Source: Camelus dromedarius
Lineage: Eukaryota
DNA: 64,000 nucleotides
Direction of reading: 5' to 3'
NCBI RefSeq assembly: GCF_036321535.1
Contig: NC_087449.1
Coordinates: 55,614,001-55,678,000 of the forward strand
In this document: in pieces, positions 21,380 to 32,830 of the stretch
Layout: every line of letters starts with the position of its first letter
Position numbering within the stretch: position 1 is the stretch's first letter
Notes under the pieces: generated by a model
Database searches by the model: none
Told to the model about the DNA's origin: nothing
The model's input: the letters and a program-made list of their open reading frames with translations, nothing else
Made by a program: the position numbers and the translations under genes

Positions 21380-23139
21380 CTGTAGAACAGGAGACAAGAG
21401 CGCATCAGACCTCTGGGACCCCCCTTCCCCAGTCCCACAGGACCAGCCCGGCACAGCCACTCTGGCTGCTCCTGGCCCCGAACATGCCAGCTCCAGTCTC
21501 TGGGTGCTTTGTCACTTCCCCATCCTTCAAGGCTTAGTTCAAGTGCTCGTTCTTCCCTGAAGCCTTCCTCCACCATCACAGCCAAAACACAGTCTTCTAA
21601 CCTCCCAGAATGCAAGTTGCCCCTAGTGCCAGGCTGCCCCAGCTGGTGGTGAGGTGGTATGGCTAAGAGATGGGCTCAGCCGTCTGGGAAGTGTGGGCCA
21701 GAATCCCAGCTCTGCCAGTTTGGAGCTGGGTGTCCCACAGCATGTTTCCTCTCCTCCCCTCAGCTTCCTCCCCTGTAAAATAGGGTGATAGTGATGTCTG
21801 CCTTACAGGGGGTTGTGATGACCTAGCCCCAGCTTTACAATCATCAGTGTCCCCCGAAGGGTGCCTTGCACCCCACAGGTCCTCTGTGCACATGTGACAT
21901 GGAGGGATTTGCAGGAGTCAGAGCTGCCTGCTAGTGAGCACTGACTGTGGGCTGGGCTCTGGAGGGGAAGCTCGGGACCCAGCTCATCTGGGGCCAGCAC
22001 AACAATGCTGAAAGGTGTTCACTTTTATCTCCATTTTACAGATGAAAACACTGAGCCTCAGGGAAGCTCAGCAACATGCCTGGAGCCCCACAGGTGTAGC
22101 TGCAGGGCTGGCGCCAGAGCATCACAGACAAGACCACCAGCCCTGGTGGCTTGAGTCCAAGGAGCAGAATCTCTGGGTGTCACCATGGTGGGGAAGGAGC
22201 ACTGGCCCAAAAGGCAAGTTTATTTTAAGCCAGACCCTCAAAGGAGACCCTGCAAAGTACCCACAACATGGCAGAGAAAAGAGCCTGCCTTTGGAATCAG
22301 ACACCGCTGGGCTCATAATTCGGTACAGCTACTTGATAGCAGTTGACCTTCACTTCACTAAACCTCAGTTTCCTCATCTGTAAAATGGGGATGATAATAC
22401 CTGAGGGTGGGCAAGGGGAAACTGTAAAACCTGGAGCCAGTGCCTTACCAAAGATGGTTCCCGTTCCCTAAGTCCCCGCCCTCCTGCCTCTCTCTAGGTA
22501 CCTAGGGCCCACCCACTCACTTTACCGTGATGAAGATGCACTAAACTGTGATGAGATCAGGGCTTGAATCCCAGCAGTCTCTAACTACTGTGTGTCCTTG
22601 GGTAAGTCCCTTCACCTCTCTGGGCCCCTGCTTCCTTTGATCCATCTGATGAAAGGGCTTTGGCTCCAAGTCTGACAGCTTTCATTTCGCTTTCTCTTCT
22701 TTGTACTCCTTCTCCCAGCCAGTATTCATGGGCTTCCAACCAATGCAATCGCTGACTTGGGCAGGTCACAGAGTTAAAACAGGGCCCTCCTGGGACTTTC
22801 CTGAAGAGAGGCTGGGTGTCCTTCCACCTGAGATCTGCATAACTCGGCGCCTGCCCCTCAAAGATGGAGACAAGTGTCCTCAGGAAGTGTTGGAGTGAGG
22901 AGGCTCTTATTTGCTGATTTTCTTCCTCTTCCTCTTCCTCTTTCCCTCCTCCCTACCCCACTGTCAGGGGCCCCAGAGGCCAGCTGGAGAGAGGACTCGA
23001 AGAACCAGGGAGGGGCCTCTGAGCTCCTCCCCAGGCCCCCAGGGGCCAGGCAGGATCAGGGGATGGAGCCAATGTCCGCAGAGGGATCTCCCTTCCCTGA
23101 GCCGAGCAGAGCAGAGCCGGCCCCACACCAGGGGCACAG

Positions 23140-23279
23140 NNNNNNNNNNNNNNNNNNNNNNNNNNNNNNNNNNNNNNNNNNNNNNNNNNNNNNNNNNNNN
23201 NNNNNNNNNNNNNNNNNNNNNNNNNNNNNNNNNNNNNNNNNNNNNNNNNNNNNNNNNNNNNNNNNNNNNNNNNNNNNNN
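23140..23279. other. Assembly gap (140 N)
   Basis: N run in EPHA8 intron 1. Confidence 0.99.
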
Positions 23280-26200
23280 CTGGGGAGAAGGTGGGGAAAG
23301 GCGACGTGTGGACTCCCCTACCCCAACCCACATCCCAGACAGGGTCTCTGAGCTGGACGGCCCCTTCTCTAGCATCACCTGGATGCAGCTCAGACCTGCC
23401 CCTACCCAGGGGCAATTGGAATGAATGTCCACTGCTTGGACTTCTCCCCCCGGAACATCCTGACTCTAGGGGCAACTGTCCGCAGACGTCACTTTCCAGG
23501 CTATTCCCTCCCCTCTGGGAATCCCCAACTGTGTCTGCAGCTGATTCTTGATCAGTCAGCCAGGGGGCTCAGATTATCCAAAGATAAGTCAAAAGTCGAT
23601 TCTATTGGATTCAGGAAGAGCTATAGGATTCCAAGACCGCTTGTTTCAATTCCTTCCAGACCCTTCTCTGTCCATCCCCACCCCTCCTCTCCCTCTGTCC
23701 CTTTCTTCCCTACTTCATGTCCCCTTCTGTGGGGGGAACAGAGTGTCTCTCAGGGGAAGCTCCAGGCCCACAGAAGGTCTCATCAGGGCTGGAGAGAATT
23801 CCAGCATTAGGCCCACCCAGATCGGGCCTGAGTCCCCTTGGAGATTCCAACCTTCTGCTCACCAGGGCTGGGCTCTCTCTTGCCTCTTGTCCTGCTGGAC
23901 TGTAGGTCTGTGTGACATCTGTGAAGTCAATGACCCTCTCTGGGCCTGTCTCCCCACTTGCAAATGGGAGGATTGGACACATGGTCTCTCAGGGTCTTCA
24001 GTGAAATGAACCACTTAACCCCTCGGTGCCTCAGTTTCCTCATCGGCAAGATGAACGAAGGTATCCCTCCAGGGCCTACCTGCCCAGCTCTGCTGGGGGA
24101 TCAGACCAGTCCCTCTCCTGCTCTGAGAAGCACAGATAATTCCTAAGCCTTTCCTGTTCGACTGCGGAAGGCATTATGTGATTTCTTTTTTTCTCTAGCA
24201 CCTTCCCCCATTCCATTTCACTGAGACTAATACTTAAATTGATTTACATTCCCTGAGGACGCAGCACATGATGGTGAGACTGGAGAATTCGGGGTGGCCA
24301 GGGGATGTCAGCCGGGATGTGAATGCCTCGGAAATCACTCCAAAGTGGTAGATAATCCACACCAGACAGTGATAAGGGGCTTCAAGCCTGGTGAGGCTCC
24401 CGGGCATCTCTGCAGGTACAGGGCTGTCCCCAGCCTGTGAGGGACCTGGCACAGGGGCACCTGGGCAGCCTGGGGCACTGTCACCTTTGCAGGACCCCAG
24501 CTAGGAACAGAACCCTCTTCCTGAGTTCTAACAGCCTCCCTGGTGGTCCCGGTTCTGCACCACCCAGGGACTCCTGGCTGTCCCCCAGGCCTCCATCTAG
24601 GACTGTCCAACCTGAGTGGGTAACCCGTGTCAGGCTATGGGTACACTGCTGTGCTGATCAGACAGGCGTGGCCTGGCCCTTGAACAATGACTCCCTCCCC
24701 CGCACCCCCGACAGATGTCCCCCCTTCCTCTATTTGCGACCTTGCCTCTTTCCCAACTGTTGCCCCTCCCCAGGCACATCCTCTCTCCCAGGCTAATGTC
24801 TGTTCTCCGCTCCTGAGCCTGGTCAAAGTCCCCTCCCCAGGGGCTCTGGGTTTGCCAGCTCCTCCTGGGAAAAGAGTTGAAGCAAGGAGTCAGGGGTGCA
24901 CCACCCAAACGCCCAGAGCCTCAATGTGGGCCGCCTCAAAATCCTGCTGGGTGAAGAAACGGACCCCTTCTCGCCACACAACCCTGGGAAAACTGTCCTC
25001 AGGCCACAGCTCCAAGAGTCCCCAGGCCCCTGGTGCCTTCTTCCCTACTCACCCCTCAGCTCTCTTGCTGTGATCCCTGCTCCCTGAGTGACCCCTGTTT
25101 CATTGGAGATTATGGGTTTATCTATGTCTGTGTGTATATTCTCTATGGACATGAATGCAAGTTTGAGGGTCTTTTTATACATGTGGTGTCTGCCCACGGA
25201 TGTGCATATTTTCATGTGCATGCATCTTTACATGTGTATGTGTGCACATGTGTACTGGCTGCAGTTCTATGCATCTGACTGTGGGTGGGAGGCGGGGGCT
25301 GTCCAGGCATGTGAGTCTCTACAGGCTAGGTCTATGTGTGTGAATCCCAGTGTGTGTCTGTGCATGTGTGGTTGCGGGTACGACTGCACCCCGTGAGCTG
25401 TTCTTGTGTGAGGGGGTGGATCTGTGGTATAACTAAGCATGGATAAGGAACACTGCCCTCGACTCTGGAAGTTCATCCTGCCAAGGTGAGAATGCAGCTC
25501 TGAACCCAGGATGTCAGCCCCAGGACGCTGCCCAGGGCACCAGGTCAGGCCTCCTCGAGGCAGAGCTGCAAGAGCAGAGGAGGTCCAGGGCAGGGGTTGG
25601 GGTGAGATGCAGAATCCAGGGTGGCATCCTGAGTGGGACCTGGATGTATCCGGTGGGGTTAAGGCACGTACGTGTGTGTGCAGGTATGCGACCCTGGGAG
25701 TTGGGTGCCCCCTCCCAGCTTTCTTTGTCTCCTTCCAGATCCTCTTGGTCCTGGCTGCTCAGCGCATACCCCACTCCTCTGTCCCCTGAGTGACCGGGAC
25801 TGTCTCAGCCTCATCCCTGGACAAGACTCAGCTCTCCAGGGCCTTGTCTGCCTCAGTCCCTCTGCAGCCCCTCAGCCCTCTCCTCACTGGCACCCTCTCC
25901 CCAGTGCCCACCAAAGCTGCCTCCCCTCCGGCTGTCACTCCCTGGCTGCTGTCCCTCTGTCTCCCCTAGTCCTCCAGCCCTCCAGCCGTCCTACTTCCAA
26001 GACACTCATTCCCTGTCCCTCATTCTTGTCTTCCCTCAAACCCAGTCCTGATCTCTGGTCCTCGTTGCTCAGTTCCTGGTCCCCATCTCTCAACACCATC
26101 CCCAGCCCCCTTTTCTTCAATCCTCTGAACCTCATCTTGTATCCTTGTGTCCCTCTGCTCTCTGTCCTCTGTCCCCACCCCTGTCCCCTGCCCTGTTTCC

Positions 26201-26479
26201 TCTCTCCTTTATATCTCTTCCTTCTGTCCCCTGTCCTGTCCCCTCGTCCCCAGTGTCTGATCCTCAGTTCCCTGTCCCCAGCTCGGAATCTGTCAGTCCT
26301 GTCCCCCTGTCCCCCATGCCTCTGTCCGTCATCCTCAAGCCATCTCCCCAAGTCTGGTCCCCATCACCATCGCTCTGTCCCTTGACCCCAGGTCTCTCTG
26401 GCGGTGCCACCCTCTGCCCCCCAGGCCCAGGGATCCCAGCCCCTTTGGCATTCAGGGGTCGAGGAGAAGGAAGTTGAAC

Positions 26480-27200
26480 CTCGCTGGAGCAGCGCACGCC
26501 GCGCCCCCAGCCCTTCTGCCGCCCCCACCCCGCCGACCCGCCGCNNNNNNNNNNNNNNNNNNNNNNNNNNNNNNNNNNNNNNNNNNNNNNNNNNNNNNNN
26601 NNNNNNNNNNNNNNNNNNNNNNNNNNNNNNNNNNNNNNNNNNNNNNNNNNNNNNNNNNNNNNNNNNNNNNNNNNNNNNNNNNNNNNNNNNNNNNNTCGGC
26701 CGCGGCGGCCCGCGCGTCGGCGCGCTCCCTGCTCTCCCGCACACCCGGCGGCCGGGCGCACACACCGGCGCACACGCCGGCTCGCAGCGCACACGCGGGT
26801 ACCCGCGCCCGCCGCCGCCGCCGCCGCCGCCGCCCCGGGCGAGGGCCGGCCCGTCACGGCGCCGAGCCAATCAGCACCGAGGCGGGGGTTGCGGGGGGGG
26901 GTGGACACGGAGCCCGCACCGCGGACACCGACCCGCGGACACCGCCGCCCGCCGCACGTGCGCACGCTCGCCCTCGCCCGCCCGCACCTTCGGGGGCGGC
27001 GCGCGCCCGGCGCCCCACGTTCGCACGTGGACTCAGCCGCCGCGCACCGAGCCTTGGTCAGGACGCCCCGCTACACCAGGACACACAGACCCACTGCGGG
27101 GAGGCCCCGTGCGAACACGTGGGTGAGACGTTCGCCTGCACACTCACTCTTACACACATGACCCTCGGGCACACGCGCCCCCACAAGGTGCCTCGCGCGG
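26480..27200 (-). promoter_or_regulatory. EPHA8: CpG island / EPHA8 promoter and 5' UTR
   Basis: Very high GC and CpG density. (GCC)8 at 26811-26834, AGCCAATCAG at 26865-26874, CACGTG at 26955, 27024 and 27116, GC boxes, no TATA seen. Confidence 0.85.
26545..26695 (-). other. EPHA8: Assembly gap (151 N), inferred to hide EPHA8 coding exon 1 (ATG, signal peptide, donor)
   Basis: Exon 2 starts in phase 1 and needs an upstream exon. I found no signal-peptide exon in the sequenced bases. The gap lies inside the CpG island about 5.2 kb upstream of exon 2. Confidence 0.75.
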
Positions 27201-28249
27201 TGATGCATACACATTAGTTCACAGAGGCTCAGAGACGGTGAGACAAACTCAGAAGCACTTTAGTTAAAAATTCTCTCCCCTCCCCCAACCCCAAGGACTG
27301 GGTACCTGGGGGTTAGGGAGGCCTTGGAGGTCTCAGGTAAGTTCTAACCTCCCTGAACCTCAACTTCCATAGCTGTAAGGGTATCTATGTCCTATACCCG
27401 TGAGAACTATAGTCAAGGACCCAGGTAAGGCACACTGCCAGGCACGCAGCCAGGTGGCCAGCTTGGATGATGGTGGCTGTCATTCCCTGCTTTCCCTTCC
27501 CCTGGCTTTCCCCACTCCAGTTTCATTTCCAGGATTTGGGATCTCATCCTGGGGAGGCTTCGGGCTGTGAGGGGACAGGGATGTGGGGCTCCCTCCTGCG
27601 GCCCGACCTACCACCCTCAAGCCAGCTGAGCACCCAGTGGGCCAAACTGTCTGGGAAGCAGATAAGAGATCTGTAGCTCCTGGGGGCTGGTCCTCAAGTG
27701 TGTGCAGGCTAAGGCAAGTCCTGCCTCTGCCTCTGCCTTCCAGCTGGTGCAGACCACTGCTCAGTGCCCTCTGACTACGCTCCCATGCCTGTGCTCACTG
27801 GGGAAGAGTTGGACCCATGGCTGGAGGTTACATAGGATGATAAAGGCCATTCGGGGAGTGCATGCCACGTACCAGACCCCACTCCAGGCGCTTTATAAAC
27901 TTGCTCTGCTTTAAGCCTCACACAGCCCTGCAGGGGAGGTACAGCTAAGGAAACTGAAGTGTGGAAAGGCCATCATTTGCCTTAGATCACACAGCTGGTT
28001 AAATGCTAGAGAGTAGCTTAGATCCAGATCCACTGGACTCTAAAGCCCACTTCTTCCCTGTGCATCTTTCTTTGTTACAGACAGGAGAAGGCGGCTCATA
28101 TTAGGAGTCCTTTTCTAATAGCTCAGACCAACTGCCTCAAAGATGTAATAAGCCCCCTGTTACCAGAGGCATTCAAACAGACACTAGCTAGAGACTGCTC
28201 AGGGATGCTGTGAAGAGGGCTGTGGGTCAAGGGAGCAGATTGGACTAGA

Positions 28250-28450
28250 CCCAGAGAGGCAAACTCAAATGCCCACATGAGACAGGCAGGCACCCTGATG
28301 AAACCTGCCAGGGGAAGTGTTCCTAGCTCTGGTCAACATTGCCCTGGGGGTGTGAGCCCAATTTTCTGTGTTTTCAAGAGAATCTGTATATCTGGAATTT
28401 TTATGTGATGTCTCCTAATAAATTTAAACTTGGCAGCTAGTGTAAACATT
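28250..28450 (+). mobile_element. MER103-like hAT remnant
   Basis: TTTTCAAGAGAATCTG...CTGGAATTTTTATGTGATGTCTCCT...TTGGCAGCTAG resembles the recalled MER103C consensus. Confidence 0.5.
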
Positions 28451-30784
28451 TTAATAACAAGTGTGTGCAAACCTATGGAGAGGTCGCCACAGCTCACAGG
28501 ACTCTCGACCTTCCTTTAGATGGAAGACTCCTTGGCTGGCACTGTGTTCCTGGACCACTGCGGGAGTGGGCAGAGCAGGGCAGAAAGATGCAGACAATGC
28601 AGGATGCAGGCACGGCACTCATGGGCGTCCCCTGCCCTGGCCAGGGCTCCCAGAAATGTTTGCTGGTGGAGATGTCTTTGCTGGGGCCTGGGGTTCTGTA
28701 TCCCCAGGTGGAGGTGGAGCCAACCAAACCTGGGTTTTGTCCACTTTGCAGGTGAGGAAGCTTGGGGAATCCTTGAAGGACTTGATGAGTATGAGGGGTG
28801 GTTCTCTGTCAGAGACCTGCTCCATATCCCAATCCTCTTGAACAAAATAAGAAATTCATTTCACCAAATGTCCCACAGGCTAAAAGCAGCTTGCTTTTAG
28901 TTGTCTCCTGACGCCTCTGAAACGCCCAGGGCCCCAGCCCAGGTGTTTGCTCTCCCCTGAATCTATCCAGGAGAGAGAGTTCTCCCACAGCTTCCCCTCT
29001 GCCTGTCCTGTGTTTCCTGTGTTTCAAAGTACCAAGTTGCCAATCTGCCAAGAAGCCATTAGCCCCTGCTCTTAGAGAAATGGGCATCTCTCCAGGAGCT
29101 CTGGGGAGATGGTGCCTCCTGTCCTCCCTTGAGTGGTCAAGCGGCGGCGGGCAGCTGAGGAAGGCTTTCGGTGGGCCGGAGGTGAGGCTCCCCCAACTTC
29201 ACTCCACCTGTAGCTGTCACTCACTGTGCACCTCCCAGGCTGGACTCTGCATCCCTCTCTCAAGGAATCCCTGCAACTCGGGATTCAATCCCTGAACTTT
29301 CACTTCATTTTAAAGACAAGGAGAGTGAGTTTGTGAGGACTGACTGATGGAGTGGGAAACTCTGTGAGGTGTATGAGTAGGGCCCGTGATGGTGGTGGAG
29401 TTTGTCTCTTCTCCTGACTGGATTCTGAAGGTCCACGGCAAGGTCCTGGCTGGGTGCCGCTGGGTCCTCCTGGTGCACAGTACTTGCTGCTCCGGGAACA
29501 TTCGCTGAATGATTGAGCAAGTGACGACCAGACGTCCAGGGGCCCACAGCCTGCTGAGCCAGCTCTGAGACTATCATTGCTGGAAAGCCATTACTCAGTT
29601 ACAGGACAGCTTGATTTCTGGATTGCTGCACAGCTGTGCTGGCTGGACCTGCTACGTGAGCTTGACCTCAACTCTCCGGGGGTGCATGTGAATAGCGCTC
29701 ACCCCCTCCCATCAGCACACCTGCACCTCGGGACCTTGCTGTGCGGAGCAAGGTTGGGGTGGGGCGGGCAGGGCTGGACTTGGCCAAGAGGGGTGGCCTC
29801 TGAGCCAGTCCTTTCCCACCTTAAGCCCTTCTCCAACCCTTGTCTTTTCCTTCTGGGAATGGGAAGGGGAGCAGCAGGAACATCAGACAAGCCCCCATTA
29901 TGTTCTCCATTTCCAGGGAGAAATACCCTCCCAAGAGTATTTCTTCTCACTTCACCTTCTGAGCCTCAGTTTCCCCCACCTATAGGAGACGAAAAAGGAG
30001 AGTGCATACTGAGGATGTGCCACCAACTCAGAGGGCTGCTGTGAGGCTCAGGTGAGTGCAAACATGCTTGAATACCTGCGAAGAGAGCTAAGATTCAGGG
30101 CATTTCTGTATGTTAAAGGAGGGGCTGGAGTAGGGCTGCCCTGCATCCTGAGGTATGAGAGCTGAGCAGGGTGCCTCTTTGGGCACAGGTGGAAGAGGTG
30201 TCCTGGCTGGAGATAGGTATGGTGAGTGTGCAGGGTGTGGGGCAATGGCTAGTGGTTAAACCTCACTCATCCTTGAGTCACCCTAACCTCTGCCCTGGGC
30301 GTCTTATTGCCCCAGGCTGTCTTACTCAGGGCCTAGACTCTGGCAGAGAAGCCCCCACCCCGCAGCCCCTCTCACCCTCCGCTGGTTTGTGAGGGGACTG
30401 GAGGGGCGGGTGCTCCTTGCAGGTGCATAGAAACGGCTCCTTTCCCCTTGCTGTTGGGGAGCCACTGAAGATCGTAGGGAGAGTGGATTCCTAACATGAG
30501 GCCCATGTGTTTCCTCACTTCGGGTCTCAGTCTTCCCTTCTGTGACATGCCTGCTCTCCCTGTTTTTAACATGCATGAAGAGAATGTGGCACTGGTGCTC
30601 CTGGGCTGGTGCTGGGGTTCCCAGCTCATAAGATATGACCCTGCCCGTGAAGGGCCCCCAGGCTGGAGGGGAGGCAGCCCCCCAGGAACGAGTGAGGAAG
30701 TAGCTTACTCTCCACAGGAGAGATTCACCCGGACCACTGGGAATGTGTTTAAACTTTGTGAGCTGGCACAGGAGTGCCTAAGAC

Positions 30785-30880
30785 AGCGTTATCAGATAGA
30801 AATATAGTGTGTGTCAAATATATAATTTAATTTTTTTGTAGTAGCCATATTAAAAAAGTAAAAATAGGTGGAGTTAAGTA
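30785..30880 (-). mobile_element. MER33/MER3-family fragment
   Basis: CAGCGTTATCAGATAGAAATATA...TAGTAGCCATATTAAAAAAGTAAAA. Confidence 0.55.
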
Positions 30881-31391
30881 TAATAATAAATTTGTTGAGT
30901 GCATGTTGCCTGGTATGTAATATTAACATATTAATCGAGTCACTAATTCAACAGCTCTGTGTTGAGCCCTGCTGTGGTGCTGGGTCAGGTGCTGGGTATA
31001 AGGCCGTGTGCCGCACAGGACTTCAGTCTCACAGGGAAGCAGATCATTAAATAGGTGATTACAAAATCCCCTTCCACATAAGAGAATATTTCAGAAACCG
31101 TAGGCACCAAAACTTAAAATTTACGATTTAAAAAATATATGTATTTAAAGTCCTCTTTAAACAAAAAATACTGAATGCCGTTTAGCCCTTCCTCGGGGGC
31201 TCAGAGTCATCCCTGTGAACAAAGAGTCACTGAATCTTGATGTGGGAAAGGACCTAGGGGTGAGTTAGTCAAGCCGTTGCTTGTGGGACAGTAGGAAACA
31301 GAGGTGCCTTCAGGGCCGCAGAGATAGGTGGACTTTTTTCCCTTATCCACTAAATGACCTTGGGCTTCTCTGATTAACAGTGTTCCTAGCT

Positions 31392-31396
<5 letters not shown>

Positions 31397-31467
<71 letters not shown>
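31397..31467. repeat. (CT)35 microsatellite
   Basis: Directly visible, uninterrupted. Confidence 0.98.
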
Positions 31468-31469
<2 letters not shown>

Positions 31470-31949
31470 GCTGGGGCTGTATCAGCTGCCTCTTCTCTCT
31501 GCTGTAGGGCTCTTGCCTCTGAAAAGTTCACAACTGCCTTCTAAGTTGCTGCTTCTAATCTGTTGCAGACTTAAAAAAAAAAAGAAATGCTAATTAGCAT
31601 TGTATGTAAAGTAAGAGTCAATGGGTTCTAAGTGAGTAAAGAATACGAGTTTAGTGTCAATGGTTGTGGCTGTTCTGAGGTCCCTTCTGTTTATTCCTGG
31701 CTGGTCTCAGGATATTTGTTCTCAGGTTGGAGGGTAAATGAGGTGTTGTTATAAATACAGAAGAGGCTTATTAATGACCAGGCATGCACAGACTAATTGC
31801 TTCCTCCTGTTTACATATAATCAATCACTTCCACAGTTTGGAACCGCTGGCAAGCAGCAGAATGGAGTGGGAAGGTGGCTAGATTGGGATGGGCGTCAAA
31901 GGTCTGGGCTGCTCCACCCGCCCTGCTCAAGTCTTTCCTGTCCTGAAAA

Positions 31950-32830
31950 AACAAAACCAGCCATCCCTCTATCCCTCAGCCTGCTTGCCCACCCCTCTCT
32001 CCTCCCGCTCCCGGCTAACTTCTTGAAGGAATCATCTGTTCTCAGGGACTCCATTTTTTCCTCTCTCTGTCCCTCCTCATCCATGATCACCTCCACAGCC
32101 CCCCAAACACCACCTGCCTAGACCCACACTCCATGATTCTTTATCCTGCGCCTGGTCCTCCACTCGGATGTCCAAGTCAGGAATCAGAACTTTATCCCCC
32201 TTCCTCCTTCTCCATCAGCCGTGTAGACAGGACATCCCAAGACCTCTGATTTTACCACCAAAACATATCTTCACCCCATCCACTTCTCACTGCCAGCAGC
32301 TGGGTCAAGCCCCCATCAACTCCAATGGGGACAACTGCGGTGGCCACGTCACTGTCCTCCGTGCACACTCTCTGAGCCCCCGTCACTGCAGCCAGAAAGA
32401 CCATTCAGTGCAAAATATCGTGCTCAGGTCCTGTCCCTATGCCCTCCCCTCCCTTGATTGGAAACTTTCCAGAGCCTTCTACTGTTCTCTCTGGATAAAG
32501 ACCCAAATCTATACCATGCCTGCAAGGCCCTGTCCAGGTGGTCTGGACCCTGTCACCTCTCCAGGCACCACCCTCTCCCTCTCTGTACTTTCTCCAGTGC
32601 CTGGTGCCCCCTCCCACACGCAGCCTTTGCCACTGCAGCTCTCTTCGGGACACCCGCCACCTCCAGTAACCCCTGCTTGTCCTTGGAGAAGCCATCCCTG
32701 AGCCTTGGCCTGAGTTAGCTCTCTTGCAGAACCTTCAGCACTTGGCTCAGTTTGGAATCCAACCTGCACCTTCCTGTGAGAGCAGTGACCACCTCTCTCT
32801 TGCAGGGCACCAAATCCTCAATATCTGGCA
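31950..32830 (+). mobile_element. Degenerate L2 fragment
   Basis: Pyrimidine-rich L2 3' region motifs, including GGTCAAGCCCCCATCA, GGATAAAGACCCAAATC and CTGCAAGGCCCTG. Confidence 0.65.

Noticed and set aside
22874-23551. ORFs spanning N gaps (also 16105-16700, 26264-27217 and 40093-40281)
   Set aside because: Artefacts of N runs suppressing stop codons.
25672-26385. 237-aa Pro/Leu/Ser-rich ORF
   Set aside because: Translation of the pyrimidine-rich low-complexity tract.
26871-26880. TCAGCACC as a REST/RE1 site in the promoter
   Set aside because: Only the left half matches; the GGACAG half is absent.
31343-31531. ORF with an RERERE repeat resembling RE/RD-domain proteins
   Set aside because: Translation of the (GA)35 microsatellite.
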